The notes under the pieces: generated by a model
What the model was told of the DNA's origin: nothing
The model's input: the letters and a program-made list of their open reading frames with translations, nothing else
Databases searched by the model: none
Part shown: piece after piece, positions 43,807 to 58,927 of the stretch
How the letters are laid out: each line of letters starts with the position of its first letter
Position numbering within the stretch: position 1 is the first letter of the stretch
Assembly (NCBI GenBank): GCA_951406725.2
Contig: OX597835.1
Coordinates: forward strand, 6,014,001 to 6,078,000
Source of the DNA: Octopus vulgaris
Taxonomy: Eukaryota
DNA length: 64,000 nucleotides
Reading direction: 5' to 3'
Position numbers and translations under genes: made by a program

Positions 43807-44099
43807 GCATATATATATATATATATATACACGCATATATATATATATACATAAAAATGCACATATATATATACATATACATAGACACACACAAAAACAT
43901 ATATTTATATACATATATATGTATATATATGCTTTTGTGTGTGTATACGTAATCATATTTATATTTTCTCATAATACCATTTGTTTGTTGTTTTGGTGGT
44001 TTGCTTTAATAATAATAACTGCTCGTTTTGACTACTGAAAACTGTATTCATTATAGATATCCTTCATAAAACTGTACGGAATATCAGAAAATCAAAGAA

Positions 44100-45050
44100 G
44101 ATATGCCACTACATCGTTAATATTTTATTCTAATATGTCTTCCATTGCAATAAGTTGAAATATTTTACCAATTTCTTGATTCCCTCCTCAAAGTTTTATG
44201 CTGTGCAAATGTCTTTCTTAGAAGCCTAAACGTTCTTTCCAATAACAACCACATCAAATAATTTTTCCGAAATATAAGTCATTCTTTCTGATCTTTTGGT
44301 TTATCTTAACTGCTGAAAACTAAAACACTGGATCGACAAATGCTTCAAGATTTAAATACATTTTATTGTACAAAATTCTCTCCCCTTACGCCTAGCTTTG
44401 ACAGACGTTTTTTTCATTAAAAAAATTAAAAGGTTCTCTTTATTTTCTAAAAGTTTTCACCATTTTCTGGAAATTTTGACAGCACGAAATTTGCATCATT
44501 TGGTACAAATTCTAGTTTTGTTATAAATATATTTTTGTTTGATCTATGTTATTATCAGGTTTCGTATATCTCGTTTGATCTGGTGTTGTTTTTTACATGG
44601 TCAGAGTCGGTTTGCTGGAGATCTGAGCTGTCAATATACAAACCATAAATACATTTCTCCAAAATTATTTTCAAAGAAATATTTGATTAGCCCCTGGCAA
44701 AGTAGTATAACAGAACCGACAAAAAGTAAACATTTTTCAATTGCTCGCAGCATTGACAAAATCTGGTATTACCATGTATTTACTATATGCAGAAAATTAT
44801 TTTAACTGTCAAAAGAATTATGCAGATGAGAAAATATTTTAGATGTTTTCTCAGTAAATGCCTCGATATCACTTGGTCAGAGGTTAAACATTTTTGGAGA
44901 ATCTAGCAAAAGAATTGCATCCCAGTCAATGCAAACTAGGTTTCTTCCGAGGTTTAATTAGTGTGTTATATTATAAGGCACAAAAAGAAAATGACTCTCC
45001 CCAGACACAACAGAAAATGCTTCAACACACGAACTCATATAAAGAATCTT
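44100..45050 (-). pseudogene. highly degenerate hAT-like transposase remnant
   Basis: Minus-strand pieces LGCNSFA, SDIEAFTEK, HGNTR.LSMLRAIEK, FFENNFGEMYLWFV resemble the hAT GCxAH and HxxTRWLS motifs. Confidence 0.4.
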
Positions 45051-46289
45051 GCAAACCAAATCCCAGAACGAAATATATATATATATATATATACATATAT
45101 ATACATATATATATATACATATATGTAACTACGGATATCATGTGTTATATGAGATAAGCATGATGTGTATATACGCATATGCTTATACATCTTACCTATG
45201 TGTACATATATACATACATTCATATATATATATCTTTGTTGTGTAGTTGTTACAAGAAAGAAAACCTTGAGTGTATTTTATATTCTATATTCCAAGACTT
45301 GCACATGCAGTTGTTGTACGTCTGTGAAACTCTTCATTAATTATTATCTCATACCTGTATAACTGCCTCAAGACTGCCATTGTATTTAATAAAGGATATG
45401 GAATAATTAATAGAGTGGATGGGAACTTGGAATCACCGAAGCAAGTTTAACAATAGAAATGCGGTCTAATGCACCAAACTTTCATAAATATGCATGTGTG
45501 GAAGAGAAGCGTAGAGAAAACAAAAAGAAATGGAGAAAAAATTAAAAAAACAGCGAAAGAAAATATGAGGAGAAAATGTGTAAGAGAAAAATGGCTATAA
45601 GAATTAAAGTCGAACCGTTGCTATATTCTGGCCAATAATAAAGGAAAGAAATGGGAAGAAAATAACATTCCATCATATGTAAATAAGAACATTATATGTA
45701 GTTTGTCTGTATGACTGCACTTCTATACGTTAGCAAGAGAATAAATTCTTATAAATCTGTTATTGTTTTTATTCTTTTATTTTAGTCTTCTATTTGTTTA
45801 TCGTTGCTTTTTCTTTTTCTTTTTTCTTTTTTTTTTTTTCCTTTTCCGTTTCGTTTATTTTTCTTTGTTCTTTCTTTTTGTTTTTACCTCGGAAAAAAAA
45901 AACGAAATATATATATATATATATATATAAAAAATGAGAAACAGTCTATAATACATATTATCAAGTTTTGTATTGTTCAGTTTCAGAGCAGAATAATGGA
46001 CATTTTTCAAATGGGTTTTATGTGCGTATATTTTGCATTTTGAACGCATATCAAACAATATGCAAATCTGAAGAGGAGAATAGTAATCTGTCGAACGTAA
46101 ATCTGAATAAATGAATTGTTATTCCGATATTCACCATCAACAACGCCGACACCACCAACGGTAGCAATCGAAATCCACACCCCGACCCCCAAAACAGAAG
46201 GTTATCGTGAACAATGACACCGTATATGTCATATATTCTTTACATACAGTAGTCTTGGTTGTCGTAACAACCAACTGAACCAATGGATA

Positions 46290-46940
46290 TTTACCAACTT
46301 AAAAGGAGACGGCAAAGTAGAAAATTTAGCGTTTTGTGAACTGTACATTTCTTTTAATGGTCTCAAATGTAATTTTCTTCCAAATGTAGATTTATATATC
46401 CAAGGAAAATAAGAGAGGCAGAGGCAGTAAATAAATTTAAGAATTCATCATTTTTATGATTAAGCAAATCATTTTCTACTATCATGCAATAATTGTCACG
46501 TGATTCAATAACATGGATAATAAAGATAACAATCACCTTTGAAATCTAAGCAGTCCCATTCTTCTGTAACTAATTCCCTTTTTGAAGATGCTCCAGTTTT
46601 CTGTAGAACCTATATTGAATAAGTATTGATGTTATTATACAGCTCTGAAATCATTTACAATAATACTTTGGTGGCGAAATGTATTGATCAGGTGTTCTTT
46701 TGATGTAAGCACGGGATTTCATGTTGGGTTGAAGTTTGTGAACTAATAGGATTGTGCATCTCATACTTCACAACAGATTCCACGTTGCCAAATTCAGTCT
46801 CTTCCACAAAAATTGGTTCGCCATTCTACGACGTATTTATAGCCACACAATAGAAGCTGTTGGGAAGTTGTTCATTAAGATATTCAAAGACATACATGTA
46901 AAGATCACAGTTGATGTTAATCTAAATAAAGTTAATCTGT
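46290..46940 (+). pseudogene. Penelope-like element reverse transcriptase remnant
   Basis: KCRFIYP, FDVSTGFHVGVEVCELIGL and FIKIFKDIHVKITVDVNLNKVNL resemble PLE motifs KCRLINP, FDVTMGSYDGAEVCELVGL and IFK..LKITI..NLK.VNFLD; many stops and frameshifts. Confidence 0.65.
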
Positions 46941-47119
46941 AGGTTTAACTGAGGTGATTTGCCGGTTTCTCGGCCCTCCACTTAGTTTTAGATCCTCTTC
47001 TATTGCTCGTGATGTGGCGGAGTTGGTGGCATCGAAGGGGAGGTTATTTTGTTTGCTTTCCTTTTGGCTCGGTGAATCCAAAAATGCTTTGGAAGCATTT
47101 TTGGATTCCAAAGCAAAGT

Positions 47120-47280
47120 AATGGCGAACTTCTGCTGACTCTTTCTCCACAACTTTCTCTCACTCTTTTCCTCCTGCATCTTGCAGCTCACCTGCGACGG
47201 ACCGGCGTCCCGTCCAGGTGGGGAACCTATACGCCAAGGAAACCGGGAAACCGGCCCTATGCTCCACAAGGGGCAAAAAA
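47120..47280 (+). mobile_element. SINE family C body plus tail X, headless
   Basis: CAACTTTCTCTCACTCTT...CTGCGACGGACCGGCGTCCCGTCCAG...GAAACCGGGAAACCGG as at 6670-6780. Confidence 0.8.
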
Positions 47281-47756
47281 TGATTAAGAAGATCAGGCTG
47301 TATAATTTCAATCAAAAAATATTCCATCACCCTAAACGAACCAATGCTTTACTTACGACTAAAATACTAAATACAATGAAAGTAAAATACGCTGTAACTC
47401 TCCATTATCTCAAAGAATATCAAAATTCTCCACCCCCACCCCACCTCCTCTCCTGTTTTTTTTTATCGATTTTAAGTTTTCTTTCGTTTTTGCTATTCCC
47501 ATGATTACTTTAATCTTTGTCGATTATGATTCATTTCGCTTAAAATTTTAAATTGTTTTTTTTTTTGTAATATTTTTCTTAATCATTATTTATAATTAAT
47601 GTTCTTGCACTTTAGGTTTTGACCAGCGTTTGCAAATGTAAAAAATATAAAAAAAGAAAAGAAAACTGTACGAGAGATGAAATGAAACTCTTTAGCCATC
47701 CAAGTAGAAGACAATACTTGAATTGAGATTCGTTAAGCGAGACGACAGAACACAGG

Positions 47757-47934
47757 AGAAGAAGAAGAAGAAGAAGAAGAAGAAGAAGAAGAAGAAGAAG
47801 GAGGAGGAGGAGGAGGAGGGGAGGAGGAGCGGGGAGGAGCGGAGGAGGACGAGGAGGAAGGAAGAGGACGAGGAGGAAGGAGAGGACGAGGAGGAGGACG
47901 AGGAGGACGAGGTGGTGGTGGTGGTGGTGGTGGT
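47757..47934. repeat. (GAA)/(GAG)/(GGT) microsatellite
   Basis: Direct inspection. Confidence 0.95.
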
Positions 47935-48355
47935 TCCTGAGATGTTTTCGAGATGTAAAAAGTTTGGTTTAATACGCTTGCCTTTGTGTCCATGCAATAA
48001 ATCTTTCCACTTGTATATTTTGATATATTGGTCACTTATTTGCATGGAAACGGACGGAGCATGCGTGTTTTCATGCTGTAGTTGTTATGTCTGTAATTGT
48101 TACTCTTGTTCTTGCTGTTGTTACTGATGTTGTGGCTTTGTTGCTGTTGTTTTTAGCCCAAGATTAACTTTCGTCGCTAACAACTAACACTTCTGAAGTG
48201 TCACTTGACAAAACTGACAACATCAGGTCGGCTTTACCTTTCAAATAAATACCCGCTGAGCACTGGAGTCGATGTAATCGATTTAGCCTCACCACATAAA
48301 CCACTGCTGGGGTTGTGCCAATATTTGAAACCATTATTGTTATTGTTATTGTTAT

Positions 48356-48641
48356 AGACGTCGCACAGTATACAATATCGTGAGGCAGTTGATTGGAGAT
48401 ATCGTGTCTACCGGGGGTTTGTACTGTCCGTCAAGTCACAACAAGGACCCCAGACAGACAGTACTTTACGCAATATGCGTACAGTTCCAAATAATGCCGA
48501 CTTTTGCAATATAGCTAGATTGTAGGGTATCTCTAAGGTTTTCAGATGTATTTTTTTAGATTGGGTGGTATTGAACCCAATGCTCCGATGACAATAGCGA
48601 TATTGTTCGACTTTATGTTCGACTCTCGTAGCTGCTACATC
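48356..48641 (-). mobile_element. RLE-type non-LTR retrotransposon (R4/Dong-like) 3' end
   Basis: Minus strand IVIGALGSIPPNLKK / LKTLEIPYNLAILQKSALFGTVRILRKVLSV; lies between TTA-type repeats. Confidence 0.75.
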
Positions 48642-48667
48642 TATTATTATTATTATCATTATTGTTA

Positions 48668-48742
<75 letters not shown>

Positions 48743-48743
<1 letters not shown>

Positions 48744-49270
48744 GGAGTGACACTGGGGTAAAATATACGAAGCCCAGTATACCCATCATGACTACCCGTC
48801 TGATAAGGGTACACCAGGCACATGCATCACAATCATATGTGCGCGACATGGTGATCTCATATCAAGATAAATAGCGCATGACCTTGCAGGTGAGGCCCAG
48901 TTAGAATTTTCTTCTGGTCGAGTAGCCCATCCCGCTTTAAAAGTCCCTGAATAAAGATTGTTTAAGGATGTTGAACGAAACACCCATGTTTCCAGAGGTG
49001 AATTATTCAAACCCCAAAGAATCCCTCTCAACACACGGCTATGATGCTCCCCCACTACTTCTGCTCGTGGTCAGAGATGCACATATCGTCAGCCACTAAG
49101 GGACATGGTCAACTGGTTATGGTCAAACAACTGACAAGCAAATCTGTGGTATTGAGCAGAATATTTGCTGTAGCCCATCTTTTATACCAAAACAAAACAA
49201 TGTACATGACAACACTTCCAATCAGTTAAGATCAGAAGCCATGAGAACCACTGTCTGGTACTCTGCTACA
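48743..49270 (-). mobile_element. family E interspersed repeat flanked by (ATT)n on both sides
   Basis: Shares about 170 bp with 5013-5176 in the opposite orientation. Confidence 0.75.
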
Positions 49271-49288
49271 TGTATTATTATTTTTATC

Positions 49289-49372
<84 letters not shown>

Positions 49373-49405
49373 TTTATTTTTATTTTTATTATTATTATTT
49401 TATTA

Positions 49406-49459
<54 letters not shown>

Positions 49460-50912
49460 CATCATTATTATTATCATTATTATTATTATTGTTGTTGTTG
49501 TTGTTGTTGTTTAACACGAATGTGTTAAGGAAAGATGAAGTGATTGTACAGTTAGTATTATTATTGCTAGCGACAATAAAACCACAACATATTGCTTCTG
49601 TCTGTAAAAGCTACCAAAATGTTTTTGACTAGCAAAAGGACTGGAAACATTACTACAAAACATTAATACAAAAAAATATCTACCACCACCACCAACCCCC
49701 TCCCACTCCAGCTCCAACCTTTTCAATAGATAATCCTGGTCAAACTTAGAATAGAACATTGGAAAAGAACATCCATGGAGAAAAACAAAAGCTATAAAAG
49801 CAACAAAATCTGAATATAAGCGAGCGAATATGGCATCATGCACTCGAATGCGATGTGGTTGTTGTGTTGTTGCTTTCATGTGTGTATGTTTAAACGAATA
49901 TTTCTTTTTTCTTATCTCCGAACCATTATGGAAAGCTTCTTAAAGGTAAATAGAATCACTTCTGATTCTATATAAATGGGAACATTCGTAATTCTAAAGA
50001 ATATAGCTGCATCCAATCGATCTGTTGTGCAGGAAAACAGTGAGAAAATGTTCAAAATACGAAGTTAATAGTTTTTTATCTGAATGCTATTAAACAAATT
50101 GTATTATTATTATTATTTTTTTTTTTTCTGACGTTTTCCTGTGAATGTCTTATAAAATTAGCTACTTGTCTCGTTGTTGTTTTTCCTCCATATAATTGTA
50201 TCTTTCTTTTACATTTCTTTTATGTATATTATTAACCATTTCTTTTTGTTGCCGTTCCCATAACGGCTTCTATTCTTGAAATATATTTCTACCTAATATT
50301 TATAGAAAGCAGTAGATGCTTATTATTTCCGTGTATAACCTTGTAAATAATAAAGACGTATATAACTTAATAGGCACGATATACAAAAAAATGTCTCTTA
50401 ATATTTTCCTTGTAAAAATGTAATGAATAAATAATATACGGAAAATAAACTCAGTTATATAGGTGTAAAGGTCTTCAATTCATACGCCGAAAATCTAATA
50501 TGGTGGCACCGGAAGAGAAAACATCTTTTTTTCTACTATATTATTCAGCAATTTTTCTCTTTGTATGACCTATTCTGAAAAAAATGAAGACATTGATATT
50601 TTAGATATTCTTAGTAGAAAAACGGTTAATGTGCAATGATTTTAAGCTCCAACGGATACGAGAGAAGTTTAAATTTTCGATTGGGATCTTTCATGTTGTT
50701 CAATCACCGACAATTTCCGGTTATTATGAATAAATGAGACATGTATGAGCTTTACTATGCTGACTCCCCGGGACACACAACATGATTAATCAGCCGAAAT
50801 TGCGAGGATGATCCGGTTCTTGACTGAAGATTGAAGGCTTCGAATGTCCCGTCCGAGTTTTTTGTATCGTCTTCTAAATGTTTTGTGTTCTTGTCCCAGT
50901 TCGTATTCTTTT

Positions 50913-51005
<93 letters not shown>

Positions 51006-51008
51006 TAG

Positions 51009-51052
<44 letters not shown>

Positions 51053-51062
51053 AGATAGATAG

Positions 51063-51098
<36 letters not shown>

Positions 51099-51481
51099 AG
51101 ATAAATTTTAATTTTCTTAGAAATTTTTCATGTTTCGGTTCCTCTTGAAAAATCGAACCTTATCAAAAATATTTTTAAAAGTTAAGTGTAATAAAAAAAG
51201 TTCATAATTGTTTCTTACTAGTCTCAACAGAGTCCACGTCGTGGTGTTTTGTGGGGGGGGGGGGGGGGGGGCAGTATAATGGCTGTCTTGTGCGTTGACT
51301 AGATTCGTTGGCTGTAATTGTATATATATATATATACATATACATAAAGACAAATAAATAGATAATCAGATACACTGAAATATATCAACTCTGGCATACA
51401 TGACAGGAATATAGACTGTATTTAAGTTTACAATGTGCGTATGTGTGTGTACTTTTCTGTCTGCTATAGAGACGTACACTT

Positions 51482-53610
51482 ATGTATGTGTGTGCAAATA
51501 TATTACATATATAGATGTATGTGTGTGCATATATATTACATATATAGATGTATGTGTGTGCATATATATATTACATATATAGATGTATGTGTGTGCATAT
51601 ATATATTACATATATATATGTATGTGTGTGCATATATATTACATATATATATGTATGTGTGTGCATATATATATTACATATATAGATGTATGTGTGTGCA
51701 TATATATATTACATATATAGATGTATGTGTGTGCATATATATATTACATATATATATGTATGTGTGTGCATATATATTACATATATAGATGTATGTGTGT
51801 ACATATATATTACATATATAGATGTATGTGTGTGCATATATATTACATATATAGATGTATGTGTGTGCATATATATATTACATATATAGATGTATGTGTG
51901 TGCATATATATATTACATATATAGATGTATGTGTGTGCATATATATTACATATATAGATGTATGTGTGTGCATATATATATTACATATATAGATGTATGT
52001 GTGTGCATATATATTACATATATAGATGTATGTGTGTGCAAATATATTACATATATAGATGTATGTGTGTACATATATATTACATATATAGATGTATGTG
52101 TGTGCATATATATTACATATATAGATGTATGTGTGTGCATATATATATTACATATATAGATGTATGTGTGTGCAAATATATTACATATATAGATGTATGT
52201 GTGTGCATATATATTACATATATAGATGTATGTGTGTGCATATATATATTACATATATAGATGTATGTGTGTGCAAATATATTACATATATAGATGTATG
52301 TGTGTGCATATATATATTACATATATAGATGTATGTGTGTGCAAATATATTACATATATAGATGTATGTGTGTGCAAATATATTACATATATAGATGTAT
52401 GTGTGTGCATATATATTACATATATAGATGTATGTGTGTGCAAATATATTACATATATAGATGTATGTGTGTGCATATATATTACATATATAGATGTATG
52501 TGTGTGCATATATATATTACATATATAGATGTATGTGTGTGCAAATATATTACATATATAGATGTATGTGTGTGCAAATATATTACATATATAGATGTAT
52601 GTGTGTACATATATATTACATATATAGATGTATGTGTGTGCATATATATTACATATATAGATGTATGTGTGTGCATATATATATTACATATATATATGTA
52701 TGTGTGTGCAAATATATTACATATATAGATGTATGTGTGTGCATATATATTACATATATAGATGTATGTGTGTGCATATATATTACATATATAGATGTAT
52801 GTGTGTGCATATATATATTACATATATAGATGTATGTGTGTGCAAATATATTACATATATAGATGTATGTGTGTGCAAATATATTACATATATAGATGTA
52901 TGTGTGTGCAAATATATTACATATATAGATGTATGTGTGTGCATATATATTACATATATAGATGTATGTGTGTGCATATATATATTACATATATAGATGT
53001 ATGTGTGTGCATATATATATTACATATATAGATGTATGTGTGTGCAAATATATTACATATATAGATGTATGTGTGTGCAAATATATTACATATATAGATG
53101 TATGTGTGTACATATATATTACATATATAGATGTATGTGTGTGCATATATATATTACATATATAGATGTATGTGTGTGCAAATATATTACATATATAGAT
53201 GTATGTGTGTGCAAATATATTACATATATAGATGTATGTGTGTGCATATATATTACATATATAGATGTATGTGTGTGCATATATATATTACATATATAGA
53301 TGTATGTGTGTGCATATATATATTACATATATAGATGTATGTGTGTGCAAATATATTACATATATAGATGTATGTGTGTGCAAATATATTACATATATAG
53401 ATGTATGTGTGTGCATATATATATTACATATATAGATGTATGTGTGTGCAAATATATTACATATATAGATGTATGTGTGTGCAAATATATTACATATATA
53501 GATGTATGTGTGTGCAAATATATTACATATATAGATGTATGTGTGTGCAAATATATTACATATATAGATGTATGTGTGTGCATATATATTACATGTATAG
53601 ATGTGTGTGT
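51482..53610. repeat. 33/35-bp minisatellite, roughly 60-65 units
   Basis: Unit TATGTGTGTGCA(A/T)ATATATTACATATATAGATG with an optional extra TA; no unique spacers. Confidence 0.97.
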
Positions 53611-54269
53611 GCGCGCTTTTAGTTTTTTTTGTTGTTTATGCCAACATTATTTTTGTATATTGCGTTATGTTTGTTTTCTATTTTTCATCGTCTGCCCAGA
53701 CATATTAATTTTGTTATGAATACCATGTCATGTATATCAGGAACCAGTCACGTGTTTAGGGACGTTTCCGAAACGCCGAGCATCAACAGAGTCTAATCCC
53801 AATACTGTCATAAATAAACACTCTCTACTTTTGGAGTCAGAAATGGTTTTTCCTTTTGTCTATAAACTCAAATTACACACACGTACACACGGACACACTG
53901 ACACACGGACACACGGACACACGGCCAACACACACGATCAAACCTACATGTATTTCTGCACATACTCATACATACACACTATGCATACCTTCATACATAC
54001 ATGCACACATACTTATACATAAATATATACGTACATGCATATATTTATATATTTTTGTAAATATGTAAACATATATAATTGCTTATATATTTGTAAATGC
54101 GTAGCATAGAATTTACGAGAGATTATCTCTATATTTGTCTATAAAAGAACACAACTTTGTGTATTAATAACTCGTCTCAAAATCTCAAGGCAGCTAGAGG
54201 CATGTTATTGTTCAATGTCTTATATATAAGACATATTTGTGTATGTATGTTTCTAAGTATGTGTATATG

Positions 54270-54325
<56 letters not shown>

Positions 54326-54831
54326 CACATACATATGCACACACATATATATATATGTATGTACATTATACACTTACACACACACATAGTTATTTTGTTG
54401 CTTGTTTTCCCCGATGCTGTTTCTAGTCGGTTTGTTTTTTTCGTCTAGCTAATATGGCGTCATAATAAAGCTGTTATGCTGTTATATAATATGACGTCAT
54501 CGATTTATCATAATGACCACTTCAATGAAAGAATCGGGAATACGATATTTCCGTCTGTCTTAACAAAGAGAAAATGAAGATTATACATGAGGCTCGAGTA
54601 ATTTATTGTTCAACTAACATCAAATGTATTTCATGAGTTCTTTCAACTATTTCACTTCACAGTTAACATAAACATTTGCTTCTTAATTGATTTATTACGT
54701 AATTAAGAATCCTGTACGACCTTTATGATATATTTTAATTTTTCCTTTAGTTAATTACGTATTAATTTATACAGCTGTCTATTTAAATGCATTAAAATAT
54801 ATATCTACGCAAATATACCTTAGTACGTGTG

Positions 54832-54896
<65 letters not shown>

Positions 54897-54902
54897 GCAG
54901 GC

Positions 54903-55594
<692 letters not shown>

Positions 55595-55618
55595 TTTCAA
55601 CATTTTTTACGACCACTA

Positions 55619-55789
55619 GGCGTAGGAGTGGCTGTGTGGTAAATAGCTTGCTTACCAACCACATGGTTCCGGGTTCATTCCCACTGCGTGGCGCCTTGGG
55701 CAAGTGTCTTCTACTATAGCCTCGGGCCGACCAAAGCCTTGTGAGTGGATTTGGCAGACGGAAACTGAAAGAAGCTTGTCGTATATATG

Positions 55790-55841
<52 letters not shown>

Positions 55842-56069
55842 TGTGTCTGTGTTTGTCCCCACCAGCATCGCTTGACAACCGATGGTGGTGTGTTTACGTC
55901 CCCGTAACTTAGCGGTTCGGCAAAAGAGACCGATAGAATAAGTACTAGGCTTCCAAAGAATAAGTCCTGGCGTCGATTTGCTCGACTAAAGGCGGTGCTC
56001 CAGCATGGCCACAGTCAAATGACTGAAACAAGTAAAAGAGTAAAAGAGTAAAGAGTAAAGAGTAAAGAG
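55619..56069 (+). mobile_element. SINE family A, full length
   Basis: Same structure as 4550-4965. Confidence 0.92.
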
Positions 56070-56441
56070 GAGTATAATTCGGGTTTTGATATTCAATTTC
56101 TTGATTGTATCGGATCATTACATTTCTCAGTATCTTTGCACTGTTATTCCCAATTAATCCCTAATCCCTAATCCCTAATGTCTAAGTAAATTTATATATA
56201 TAAAATGTATTGGTAAATATATTAATACTGAATAAATAGCTTCGCTGCAAATCCATGAGATTTTGATCGCAGCATGGTATTATCAGCGAGGAGAAGTGAT
56301 TTGCGATGTAGAAGGATTATACTTATGAGTTTGTTTTAAGCTGTTCTATGTGACCAAAAGCCTGAAGTAGAGGATCTCTTCTCCCAACGAAGGAAACGTT
56401 TTAGATAAAGCTCTCTGAACACAACCACACAGACAACAACC

Positions 56442-56544
56442 ATGATAACACTTGTGCTTTGCTTTTCTCTTTTAGTCAGTGATTCCTCGTTAAAAAGTAT
56501 TGATACAGTGGACGGATGGACGTGTAGACACAATAGCCTGTTGT
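56442..56544 (+). CDS. speculative short exon (signal-peptide-like start, or 69-nt internal exon 56476-56544)
   Basis: AACC-ATG MITLVLCFSLLVSDSSLKSIDTVDGWTCRHNSLL, then T|GTGAGT; internal acceptor CTTTTCTCTTTTAG at 56475; no homology recognised. Confidence 0.2.
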
Positions 56545-56615
56545 GTGAGTTAACCATGGGAACCGTCAATGTTGTATACATATATGATATTGGAAATGTG
56601 TGTGTATGTGTGTGT

Positions 56616-56926
56616 GAAGGCGTGTAGCTTAGTGCTTAGTGTAATCGGTTCACGGTCGTGAAGACGTGAGTTCGATTACCGACGGCGTGGTGTGTCCTTG
56701 ACCAAGAAATTTTATTTCCCGTTGCTCTTGTCCACTCAGCTGGTAAAACTTAATTGTACCTGCACTTCAAAGGGTCAACCTTATCACATTCTGCATCTCG
56801 CTGGGAACTATGTTAAGGGTATGCGTGCTTATGGAGTTCTCAGGGACTTTTACGCTAATTTTACATGCAGGTTGTCCCGTTGATCGTATCAAATGGAACT
56901 CATGCCATCGAAACCAACGAAGTGCC
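56616..56926 (+). mobile_element. old SINE: tRNA head, CORE-like body, tail type Y
   Basis: GAGTTCGATTACC; GTGTCCTTGACCAAG...GTTGCTC..GTCCACTCAGCTG; 3' half aligns to the reverse complement of 28226-28410. Confidence 0.75.
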
Positions 56927-57176
56927 AATTACTGGGAATGTATACTGCGCATGATGGTGATAGTAACGAAATGGCAAATTACACCGCGAATTTCAGTGTA
57001 TTGTTTGCACGTTCGACACCTGCAAAATGTAAGAGATTGATTAAGTTGGAGAAGGAATCGAATTTTCCTTGTTTATTTGTTAATTATATTTCCGTTTAAA
57101 GAGTTCCTTAAGTCACAAATATCCAAATTCTGTGGATATGTCTATTACAAATCACATTCACACATACATACATACA

Positions 57177-57249
<73 letters not shown>

Positions 57250-57250
57250 C

Positions 57251-58330
57251 CAGGGGCGTGCGGTCGTCTATCTGGCTGGGGAAGCAATGACCAAAATTTT
57301 CTGGTATTTATCTTCAAATCAAGAAAAGAAAAATGCGTTTGAAACAGAGGGATAAATCATCAACTTTAGCCCAAAATTTAGAAAATTCGTCTTTTTTTTT
57401 TCTTTCAAAACTTTCACAATTTCATTTACTTTACAATACAGTAGAATATGTCAAATGTCTTTATCTGGAGGACGTCAAATGCTGCATCTCTGTCAAAAAA
57501 AAATATCTCCAAACATATTTAACAAAAAATTGAATTCACAATTTTGTAAATTAGAATACAACGCCTGAACACAGGTATAGCTTTCCGCGTCCCATTTACT
57601 TGTATTATTAATGATGTTTAGGAATAAATCAGTAAGTTGCTCCTGATATTCACGAACAGTTTCTACCAGCGAATGATTCGAGCTCCAGTGAGTTGCTACC
57701 ACTTTTGGAAAACCCTTTTTAATTTCAATATCTAATAGATGCACGCGTTTGGTCGACTTACAAATAAAAATAACGTAAAAGACTTTATCTGTGAAAAAGA
57801 CCTTATGGCATTCTTGAATATTTGCATATACTATATGTGATATCTATACCGGCTATTTTCTGCTACCCGTTTGATATTTTCACAGCTTATTCCCAGTTCT
57901 AATATTTTTTATGTGTTACACCTAATTATTTCTTTATGTAACAGTGCTCACTTGCCTAGTAAATATTGCTTTCATTATATTATCAAGGTCATAATCTCTC
58001 TTTTTTAAACAAACATCAAGGGAGTCCAACTACGGATGGAGAGGCAGTTTGTTAAGTTTAACTTTCCTCTCAAAGCAACATAGAGATTTCAATTCAGCCG
58101 CCCATTTGTAGGCTTTGCAGTGTGTATGGAAGAGTGTGTGAGAGAGGGGGGTGGTTCAAACAACGAATGAAATAATCATGAAATGAAAAAATCGAATAAA
58201 ATAAAGGGCATAACTGCAGATGTATACGCCCCCGAATTTGCTGCCTCATAGCATTCAGATGTTGTAGCTTGAAATGGAAGGAAATTTTCCTGCATTTATT
58301 TTTCACTTGTTTTGATTTGTTTTTTATATT
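57251..58330 (-). pseudogene. hAT (ZMYM1-like) transposase relic
   Basis: PKVVATHWSSNHSLVETV...FLNII...WD...LQNCEFNFLLNMFGDIF, FDVLQ; CAGGGGCG at 57251 is a typical hAT terminus; right limit approximate. Confidence 0.6.
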
Positions 58331-58502
58331 TAAGAGAATCTACCCAGCTTTACTCGACGGAATACATTTGTAAATAAACGAAATTCTTTTCGCTTGAAAT
58401 CACACCATTAATTTTGAATTATTGTATTGATTACGTTCCAGTGGATAATATATTGGTTTCTAATTTTTTTAATTATTTAACTCTACAATTCTTAGTAATT
58501 AA

Positions 58503-58927
58503 TACTCTTTTACTCTTTTACTCTTACACTTGTTTCAGTCATTTGACTGCGGCCATGCTGGAGCACCGCCTTTAGTCGAGCAAATCGACCCCGGGACTTA
58601 TTCTTTGTAAGCCCAGTACTTATTCTATCGGTCTCTTTTGCCGAAGCGCTAAGTGACGGGGACGTAAACACACCAACATCGGTTGTCAAGCAATGCTAGG
58701 GGGACAAACAGAGACACATAAACATATACACACACTTATATATATATATATACACACATATATACGACAGGCTTCTTTCAGTTTCCGTCTACCAAATCCA
58801 CTCACAAGGCATTGGTCGGCCCGGGGCTATAGCAGAAGACTCTGGCCCAAGGTGCCACGCAGTGGGACTGAACCCGGAACCATGTGGTTGGATAGCAAGC
58901 TACTTACCACACAGCCACTCCTGCGCC
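58503..58927 (-). mobile_element. SINE family A, full length
   Basis: As 7862-8272; the head is partly duplicated at 58929-58945. Confidence 0.92.

Noticed and set aside
51482-53610. CRISPR-sized 33-35-bp repeats
   Set aside because: Head-to-tail units with no unique spacers and no cas genes, in a eukaryotic context
56155-56179. Telomere-like (TAATCCC)n
   Set aside because: Only about 3.5 units of a 7-mer that is not TTAGGG
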